Shown here one piece after another: positions 17,436 to 24,122 of a stretch of DNA of 64,000 bases. Location of the stretch: NCBI GenBank assembly GCA_046292445.1, contig JBKBQT010000004.1, positions 19,206 through 83,205 on the forward strand, written 5' to 3'. The stretch's first letter is position 1; the number at the start of each line of letters is the position of its first letter. The notes beneath the pieces were generated by a model. That model worked only from the letters and a program-made list of their open reading frames with translations, was not told the DNA's origin and searched no databases. A program made the translations under genes and the position numbers. Source of the stretch: Gemmobacter sp. Lineage in GTDB: Bacteria; Pseudomonadota; Alphaproteobacteria; Rhodobacterales; Rhodobacteraceae.

Positions 17436-19406
17436 ATGCAGCCGCGTGACACCATGGAACTGCGCGAAGAGGATATTCGCGCCCACTACCCCGCCGCGCT
17501 GGCGCTGCTCGACGGGTTCGACCATGCCCCGCGTCTGGCCAGGCCGCGCGAGGCGGCGGCGGCACCGGCCGGCGAACGCTCGCCCGGCATTCCGGCCGCC
17601 CGGCCCCGGTTCCGCCCGACCACCCCCGGCCTCGTCACGCGGCCGGTGGAGCGTGCCGGGTCGGTCCGCCTTCTCGACCGCATCGGGGCCGTGGCCGAGG
17701 ACGGCCTGCCCACACCGCTCGCCGCCGCCACGGTCCAGACGCTGCGCCGGTCGCTGGCGATCGCGCTGGCGATGGGGGCGAGCTTTGCGGGCCAGATGGG
17801 GCTGGCCGAGCTCAAGAAGGCCAATCTCGAGAACCGCCTGCCCGATGCCCGGCGGGCCGAGTTCGCCGAATTGCTGGCGGCCGAGGCACTCGTCACGCTC
17901 CATGCCTTCGCCAATGCCGCCGCCTACCTCATCGCCCCGCATCTGACCGAGGCCACCGTGGACGTCGGCGGCGTGGAGGAGGTTCTGACCGACAACGCCC
18001 CCCTCGCCCTGCACGGCGCGCTGTGGGAGCTTGACCAGGACATCGCCGCCTTTGCCGCGGACGACGCCCGCCTTGCCGCCACGCTCGCGGCCTTTGCCGA
18101 GGGGCTGATGGCCAGGGCCGCCGCACGGGCCGAGGCCATGCCCCGCGCTGCCGCCTATGCGGCCGGCTCCTGGCGGATCGAAGCGGACGGGCTGACCCTC
18201 GCCGGCTTCACCCCCGCGCGCAAGGCGCGCGGCACGGCGCTGACGATGGCGTTCAAGAAGCCGACCGATGTGGTCGGCAACCACATCGCCAAGCATCAGG
18301 CGATGAAGCTTGCCAAGATGCTGATGGCCTATGACTTCACCCGCAGGCTCAACCCCTTTGCCGAACTGGGCGGGTTCATCTTCACCTTCATGGGCGACGG
18401 CGCGCCGGGCACCGGCAAGACGACGCTGATCCAGATGATGGCGGGGCTGATCCACGATTACTGCGCCGTGGCGGGCTATCCCTTCCGCTATGCCAATTTC
18501 TCGATCGACCAGATCGACAGCTATCAGGGCAAGTCGGGGCAGAACGCCAAGGCCTTCATCGACCAGATCCTCGACCCCGCCGTGATCGGCTTTGGCACCA
18601 TCGACGACATCGACCAGGTCGCGGGCAAGCGCGGCGACCGGCAATCCTCGGCGGGCCAGCAGGAGGTGACGGCGGTGTTCATGCAGGCCTTTGCCGGGGC
18701 CAATACCGTCGTGCGCGGCAACTGCACCTTCGGCATGTTCTCGAACTACCCCGAGAATGTGGACGACGCGCTGCGCCAGCGGGCCGCGGCGCGGTTCCTC
18801 GTGGACGGGCCGCAGAGCCGCGCCGACTACATCGACATCCTCGCGCTGCTTCTGGGGCGCAACCATGCGATCCCGCTGGGCGACCACACGCTGATGGCGG
18901 CACAGGAAATCCGCCGCGCCGTCGCGCAGAGCTACGAGGGGCACAACCGCCCGCAGGAGGCCGGGCTGGTCGCGGTCTGGCAGGCAGTCGAGGCGGCGGT
19001 CGGCCCGCTCGACACGCTGGCCAAGCTCGGCACCTACCTCAAGGCGATCCACGAGGCCGATCCGCGCTTCACCGGCCGCGCGATCAAGAACATCACCGAC
19101 GCGGTGAAGGTCCGCGCGATGGATGTGGAATTGCCCGACGCATGGATGGAAAACCCCGAGCTGTTCCTGTTCCAGCCCTACGACGCCAAGATGGCCATGC
19201 TGCGCGAGATGCTCGTGCCGATCACGCCGGCGATGGTCGTGCAGGAGATCAACCGCTATGCCGACTCCGAGTTCCGCTACGCCGACAATTCGGACGAGCG
19301 GGCGGTGGACGCGATGGTGCGCGAGATGGGCCGGGCAGAAGAGGCGCGGCGGCGGTATCAGGGGGGGCGGGCGGCAACGGGCGGTTTGCAGCGAGGTTCC
19401 CAATGA
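17436..19406 (+). CDS. AAA family ATPase (classical AAA module with about 290-aa N-terminal extension)
   Basis: Walker A GDGAPGTGKTT, Walker B VIGFGTIDDID, and sensor-1/second region of homology FSNYPENVDDALRQRAAARF. RBS GGAAAGG lies 8 nt upstream of the ATG at 17436. Confidence 0.85.
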   Translation: MQPRDTMELREEDIRAHYPAALALLDGFDHAPRLARPREAAAAPAGERSPGIPAARPRFRPTTPGLVTRPVERAGSVRLLDRIGAVAEDGLPTPLAAATVQTLRRSLAIALAMGASFAGQMGLAELKKANLENRLPDARRAEFAELLAAEALVTLHAFANAAAYLIAPHLTEATVDVGGVEEVLTDNAPLALHGALWELDQDIAAFAADDARLAATLAAFAEGLMARAAARAEAMPRAAAYAAGSWRIEADGLTLAGFTPARKARGTALTMAFKKPTDVVGNHIAKHQAMKLAKMLMAYDFTRRLNPFAELGGFIFTFMGDGAPGTGKTTLIQMMAGLIHDYCAVAGYPFRYANFSIDQIDSYQGKSGQNAKAFIDQILDPAVIGFGTIDDIDQVAGKRGDRQSSAGQQEVTAVFMQAFAGANTVVRGNCTFGMFSNYPENVDDALRQRAAARFLVDGPQSRADYIDILALLLGRNHAIPLGDHTLMAAQEIRRAVAQSYEGHNRPQEAGLVAVWQAVEAAVGPLDTLAKLGTYLKAIHEADPRFTGRAIKNITDAVKVRAMDVELPDAWMENPELFLFQPYDAKMAMLREMLVPITPAMVVQEINRYADSEFRYADNSDERAVDAMVREMGRAEEARRRYQGGRAATGGLQRGSQ

Positions 19407-20812
19407 CACCCCTCATCACCCGCGGCCTGATGTTCGGGAACCTGATCCCGGTCGAATCCCCCGCCCTTGTCGAGCGCTACAACCGCGCGCTCAAACACCT
19501 CACGGGGAAAACCACCGCCCTGCCCGACTTCCACATCGACATCTCGGGCTATTCGCCCGAGATCGGCGACGAGCTGGACGATACCCGCTACCTCAACCCC
19601 GATGGCGCCAACCGCAGGTTCATCCTGCTGACCACGGAACAGAAGCGCGCGCCGCTGCTCGAGGCGGATTTTTCCACCTCGCGCGGGATCCTGCGGCAGT
19701 TCATCGACGCCAACGAGGCGCAGCTTTTCGCGCTGACCGCCCGCGATGCGGTGGCGGGGGAGCTGTCGAATACCGTCTATGACCTCGGCACCCCCGCCCG
19801 CCTTTTCGACATCCGCCGCGTGACGGTCGAGGCGGACACGATCGGCGGGCATGTGGCCGATGCGGCGAAACTCGCGGCCCTGATCGAGCGGTTCCGCAAG
19901 GAACCCGACGGCTGGCGCGACGACGTGCTGATCGCCGAGATGATCGGCCTGGCGAAACGGACCGGCGATGTCACCCGCGTGCCGATCGCGCTGCCGCAGA
20001 TGACCTTCGAGCAGCCGAATTTCTGGACGAGCCATTTCGGCGGCCTCTACATCTTTCGCGGGGTGAAGTTTCCGGCGGCGATCACCGTGCGCCCGCGCGC
20101 CGAGATCGGCCGGCTGCCGGTGCCGCAGGTGATGGATCTGGACGACCGCAACGCCATTGCCGACTGGCTCGACCGCAACGCGCTGGTCGAGCCCATCGTC
20201 GTTGCCCGCGATCTCGACACCGCCGCCCTTCTGCGGCAGAAGCTCGACTTTGTCCTTGTCGCGGCGGCCGAGACACTCGGCGTGATGGACGCCAAGGCGA
20301 CGCGCGCCGACCTGCGCGGCATCGCCCGCAAGCTCGGCGCCGCGCTGCCCGAGGCCTTCAAGGGCCTGGCCGACCTTCTGCGCTGGGTCGAGACGGGCGG
20401 GGAATGGCCGCGCATCACATCCGAGCATCCGGCCTATTTCTACACGCTGCGCGCCGCGCGCGGACCGGACCGCGACCTTGTAAACCAGCTTCTGTCCGAA
20501 CTGTCGCCGCTGGACGTGCGGCAGATGTTCATCTGCCACAAGGCGCGGTTCTACCGCGACTATGCCGGATGGTCGGCGGCCAAGCGCGAATGGGTGGCCG
20601 AGTTCCTCGCCCGCGAATATGCGGTGGACAAGGCCGGGGCGCGTGCGGCACTCTTCGGACCAGAGCCGGGCATGGACGAGGCGCCGCGCCCGCCGCCCGC
20701 ACCGCCGCCGCGGGTCGATATCGTCGGGCCCTGGGGTGCTGTCGCGCGCGCGGCCGCGGCCCGGGCGGGGTCTGGCTCGGGCGATGACCGCAAGGGGAGA
20801 ACGCGCCGATGA
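19403..20812 (+). CDS. Hypothetical protein, no recognisable domain
   Basis: 469 aa from the ATG at 19403, overlapping the upstream TGA (19404-19406). Globular-looking body followed by a Pro/Ala/Arg-rich tail. I vaguely recall homologs annotated only as a DUF in Rhodobacterales. Confidence 0.75.
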   Translation: MTPLITRGLMFGNLIPVESPALVERYNRALKHLTGKTTALPDFHIDISGYSPEIGDELDDTRYLNPDGANRRFILLTTEQKRAPLLEADFSTSRGILRQFIDANEAQLFALTARDAVAGELSNTVYDLGTPARLFDIRRVTVEADTIGGHVADAAKLAALIERFRKEPDGWRDDVLIAEMIGLAKRTGDVTRVPIALPQMTFEQPNFWTSHFGGLYIFRGVKFPAAITVRPRAEIGRLPVPQVMDLDDRNAIADWLDRNALVEPIVVARDLDTAALLRQKLDFVLVAAAETLGVMDAKATRADLRGIARKLGAALPEAFKGLADLLRWVETGGEWPRITSEHPAYFYTLRAARGPDRDLVNQLLSELSPLDVRQMFICHKARFYRDYAGWSAAKREWVAEFLAREYAVDKAGARAALFGPEPGMDEAPRPPPAPPPRVDIVGPWGAVARAAAARAGSGSGDDRKGRTRR

Positions 20813-21075
20813 TCCCCCTGCTGCGCGGCCTTGTCTTCGCGCTTGCCGTGCTGACGGTGATTTATGTCGCGGTGTCGCTCTATTCCGCCTCGCTGCGCCG
20901 CGAGCGGCTCGAGAAACAGTGGGAGGCCGAGGGGCGCCCGGGCACACGCGACGATTATGTCGCGGCAGGCATGGCAATCTACCGCAAGTCCTTTCGCCGG
21001 CGCATGCTGATCCTCATCTATATCCTGCCGCTGAGCGGCATGGCGATTCTCGTCTATCTGCTGAACTACGCCTGA
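20809..21075 (+). CDS. Small membrane protein with two TM helices
   Basis: 88 aa. The ATG at 20809 overlaps the upstream TGA. Two hydrophobic helices (LLRGLVFALAVLTVIYVAVSLY and MLILIYILPLSGMAILVYLL) flank a charged loop. Confidence 0.6.
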   Translation: MIPLLRGLVFALAVLTVIYVAVSLYSASLRRERLEKQWEAEGRPGTRDDYVAAGMAIYRKSFRRRMLILIYILPLSGMAILVYLLNYA

Positions 21076-21087
21076 AGGGGGCCAAGC

Positions 21088-21768
21088 ATGCTGCGCTGGA
21101 TCAAGTGGACGGTGATCGCGGTGTTCGCCCTGCTCGTCGCTTCGGTGCTGCACTACACGCTGCCGCAGCGCGACATCGTGCGGATCGTGGGCGTGAACAC
21201 GCAGCGCATGGATCTGGGCGAGAATGCGTTCTTCTTTTCCGGCCCTGCGGTCGGCGCGGGCACCGCGGCAGACGGGACGCGCGACATCCTGTTCATCAAC
21301 ACGATCCGGCCGAACGGCCGCCCCATGGTCTATCGCAACGAGGATACCGGCTGGATCTGGCCGCCCTATTTCAAGATCAACAGCTTCAGCCTGCAGGCGC
21401 GGGCATCCGACCTGGTATCGACCGAGGCGAACCCGCGCTGGGTCGCGGTGACGCATTACGGCTGGCGAAACGAGTTCTTTACCATCTTCCCCAATGCGAT
21501 CCGGCTGACCGAGGTCGAGGGGCCGGATGTCACGCTCATCCCCTGGCTCAACATCGTGATCCTGACGCTGCTGGCAGTCGCTTCGCTGACGGTCTGGCGC
21601 ATGCTGGCGCAGTTCCGCGAACGCACGATCGACCCGCTGCTCGACGCGGCGGGGGATGCCATCGACCGCGGGCAGGCGCGGGCGGAGGCGGCGCGTCGCG
21701 AGGCGCGCACGATGCGCGGGCGGTTGATGGCCTGGCTCGACAGCTGGCGGGGCAAGCCGCGGCGGTGA
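21088..21768 (+). CDS. Membrane protein with N- and C-terminal TM helices (DUF1523-like, tentative)
   Basis: 226 aa, 12 nt after the preceding stop, with RBS GAAGGGGG. N-terminal anchor WIKWTVIAVFALLVASVL, a central soluble domain, a second TM LNIVILTLLAVASLTVW, and a basic tail. Confidence 0.6.
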   Translation: MLRWIKWTVIAVFALLVASVLHYTLPQRDIVRIVGVNTQRMDLGENAFFFSGPAVGAGTAADGTRDILFINTIRPNGRPMVYRNEDTGWIWPPYFKINSFSLQARASDLVSTEANPRWVAVTHYGWRNEFFTIFPNAIRLTEVEGPDVTLIPWLNIVILTLLAVASLTVWRMLAQFRERTIDPLLDAAGDAIDRGQARAEAARREARTMRGRLMAWLDSWRGKPRR

Positions 21769-21843
21769 TGCCGCGGCGCAGCATCAGGGCTTGACCAACC
21801 CGGCCCCCGCGGTAGGGTGCAGGCGATTCGAGCGGAGGCCCCC

Positions 21844-22089
21844 ATGACCCAGCGCCTGCACCTCGTCTTCGGCGGCGAGCTTGTGGACCCGTCGTCCACG
21901 ACCTTCCGCGACCCGGATGCGATCCATGTCGTGGGGATGTTCCCCGATTACGCCAGTGCCTACCGCGCCTGGAAGGCCGAGGCGCAGCGCACGGTGGACA
22001 ATGCCCACACGCGGTATTTCATCGCCCATATCCACCGCTTGCGCGACGAGGAGCAGCCGGCATCGGCAACCGAGGAGCTTGGCCGCTGA
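21844..22089 (+). CDS. Small conserved soluble protein (DUF4170-like, tentative)
   Basis: 81 aa from the ATG at 21844 (GGAGG 7 nt upstream): MTQRLHLVFGGELVDP... From memory, a protein of this type sits upstream of waaA in many alphaproteobacteria. Confidence 0.55.
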   Translation: MTQRLHLVFGGELVDPSSTTFRDPDAIHVVGMFPDYASAYRAWKAEAQRTVDNAHTRYFIAHIHRLRDEEQPASATEELGR

Positions 22090-22115
22090 GCCGACTGCCC
22101 CTGTCGCTCTATGCG

Positions 22116-23303
22116 ATGCGCGCACGGTCGCGCGCACGCCGGGCCGGCGTTGCAGACCTTCCGCTACAGCCGCCGCGGGCCGACGGGCCGGTGATCTGGC
22201 TCGACGCCGCCGATGCTGCCGCCGTGCCGCGCATCGCCGCCCTTGCGCGGCAGCTGCGGCGCGACCGGCCCCGGCTCACGGTGGTGCTGACCGGGCCGGG
22301 CCAGCCTTCGGCACAGGCAGGCGTGGTCATGCTCCCGCCGCTGGTCGATACGCCCGAGGTCAACGCCGCCTTCCTCGCGCATTGGCAACCGCTTGTTGCC
22401 GTGCTCGCCGGCGGGCCGGTGCGCCCCGCGCTGGCCGAGGCTGCCGCATCGGCGGCCGTGCCGCTGATCTGGCTCGAGGCGCCGGAACCCGAGATCGCAG
22501 GGGGCGGCCGCTGGCCGCGCCTGATGCGGCGCACGCTGTTGCGGATGCAGGCGATCCACAGTCGCGACGAGGCCGCGCTGGCCGCACTGCGGCGGGCCGG
22601 GGCGCCGACCGACCGGCTGGAACTGACCGGCCTGCTCGAGCTTCCGGCAACACCGCCCGCCGCGAACGAACCCGAACGCGCGGCACTGTCGCGCGCGATC
22701 GGGACGCGTCCGGTCTGGCTCGCCGCAGCGGTCACGCTGGCCGAACTCGACGCCGTCGCCGCGGCGCAGCTCGAGGCGATGCGATCGGCGCACCGGCTTT
22801 TGCTCATTGCCGTGCCCGAGCCGGTGACCGCTGCGGCGGCGCTCGCCGACCGGCTCCAGTCCGTGCATGGCCTGACCGTCGGCCGCCGGTCGGCCGAGGC
22901 CGAGATCGACGACGACCTGCAGGTCTATATCGCCGATACCGAGGGCGAATATGGCCTGTGGTATCGTCTGGCACCCGTCGCCTACCTCGGCGGAACGCTG
23001 ACCCCGACCGGCAGTCTCCGGCATCCGTTCGAGGCTGCGACGCTCGGGACGGCGATCATCCACGGCCCGGCCGGGGGCGAGGCGGCCGGGGTGTTGGACA
23101 TGCTGATACAGGCGCGCGCCACCCGCCCCATCGCCAGCGGCGCGGAACTGGGCACCGCGGTCGGCGACCTGCTCGCCCCCGACCGCGCGGCGCTGCTTGC
23201 GCAGGCGGGCTGGATGCAGGCGACGGCCGGGGCGGCGGCGACGGCGCGTGCAGTGCATGCCATCCTGCCGATCATCGACGCTGCGGCGGGCACGCGGCCG
23301 TGA
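22116..23303 (+). CDS. waaA: 3-deoxy-D-manno-octulosonic acid transferase homolog with degenerate catalytic motifs
   Basis: Collinear with E. coli WaaA, with scaffold matches such as DTEGEYGLWYRLAPVAYLGG versus GDTMGEL...FVGGS. The signature motifs are replaced (see findings). The true start may be an upstream non-ATG codon, since the frame is open back to about 22086 (LSRLPLSLYA). Confidence 0.7.
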   Translation: MRARSRARRAGVADLPLQPPRADGPVIWLDAADAAAVPRIAALARQLRRDRPRLTVVLTGPGQPSAQAGVVMLPPLVDTPEVNAAFLAHWQPLVAVLAGGPVRPALAEAAASAAVPLIWLEAPEPEIAGGGRWPRLMRRTLLRMQAIHSRDEAALAALRRAGAPTDRLELTGLLELPATPPAANEPERAALSRAIGTRPVWLAAAVTLAELDAVAAAQLEAMRSAHRLLLIAVPEPVTAAAALADRLQSVHGLTVGRRSAEAEIDDDLQVYIADTEGEYGLWYRLAPVAYLGGTLTPTGSLRHPFEAATLGTAIIHGPAGGEAAGVLDMLIQARATRPIASGAELGTAVGDLLAPDRAALLAQAGWMQATAGAAATARAVHAILPIIDAAAGTRP

Positions 23304-24121
23304 CGGTCGTCATCGCCCTGCGTCCGGCCTATCGCGCGGCGGACGGGCTCGTGCCGGCCCTCGCCGCGCTGGCCGCGCATCTGGCCGCCCGCGGACGGCG
23401 GGTTCACCTGGCGCTGGCGGCGCCCGGCCCGGCGGGGCGGATCGCCCTCGATGCGGCCGCAGCCGACCCGATGCTGGCGCTGCTGGCGGCGCATGCACCG
23501 CTCTGGACGGCAGAGGCGCTGCCCGCGGCCGTGGCCGCGGCTTCGGGGGCGGATGGGGGAGCGGATGCGGTTCTGGCGGGCGGCGCCCTGCCGGGGGCCG
23601 CGCTGCGCCTGCTGCTGGCCAGCGCCCGCGTTGGCCTCGGTCGCGCATGGCCGCTGGGGCCGCTTGCCGCGCCGCGCGGGAAGCTCCTGCGCGCGGCCGA
23701 TCTGTCGATCGTCATTGGCACGCGGGCCGAGATCGCCCATGCCCGCACGCGCGACCCTGCCTTGCAGGCAGGGATCGCCGCGGTGCCGGCCCTTCTTGCA
23801 ACGGGGATGGACTGGGCGGGCGAGCGTCTGTTGCTCGCTGCGCCCGCGCCGGACCTTCCGGGGCTCGCCGCACTCCTGACCGCGGCGGGCGCGAGCGTCG
23901 CCGCGACGGCGCCGCTCGATCCGGCCGGCCTGCTGGCGCCGGCGCTGCGCAGCCGCCTGATGGCCGAGGCGCGGGCCCGTCGTGCGCGGATCGTTGCCCC
24001 CGAGGCCGAGGCAGCGCGGATGCCCGCCGCCTTCCGGCGCGAGGTTCTGGCACTGCCGGTCCGCCTGACCTTCCCCCAGCCTGCGCCGCTCGATGCCGCC
24101 CTTGCGCAGATCGGCCTCTAG
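23300..24121 (+). CDS. lpxK: Tetraacyldisaccharide 4'-kinase homolog lacking the P-loop and other motifs
   Basis: 273 aa from the GTG at 23300, overlapping the waaA TGA (23301-23303). The C-terminal half is collinear with LpxK (LATGMDW..., MPAAFRREVLALPVRL). There is no GxxGKT anywhere in the frame. About 31% Ala by my hand count. Confidence 0.65.
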   Translation: MTVVIALRPAYRAADGLVPALAALAAHLAARGRRVHLALAAPGPAGRIALDAAAADPMLALLAAHAPLWTAEALPAAVAAASGADGGADAVLAGGALPGAALRLLLASARVGLGRAWPLGPLAAPRGKLLRAADLSIVIGTRAEIAHARTRDPALQAGIAAVPALLATGMDWAGERLLLAAPAPDLPGLAALLTAAGASVAATAPLDPAGLLAPALRSRLMAEARARRARIVAPEAEAARMPAAFRREVLALPVRLTFPQPAPLDAALAQIGL

Positions 24122-24122
24122 G

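Noticed and set aside
17400-19409. A 669-aa minus-strand ORF.
   Set aside because: It is antisense to the AAA ATPase gene, which carries Walker A, Walker B and second-region-of-homology motifs in the plus frame.
21881-23299. The upstream 470 codons of the 746-aa ORF 21881-24121.
   Set aside because: This part overlaps the waaA homolog out of frame and is Arg/Ala/Gly/Pro junk. Only the portion from the GTG at 23300 is collinear with LpxK.
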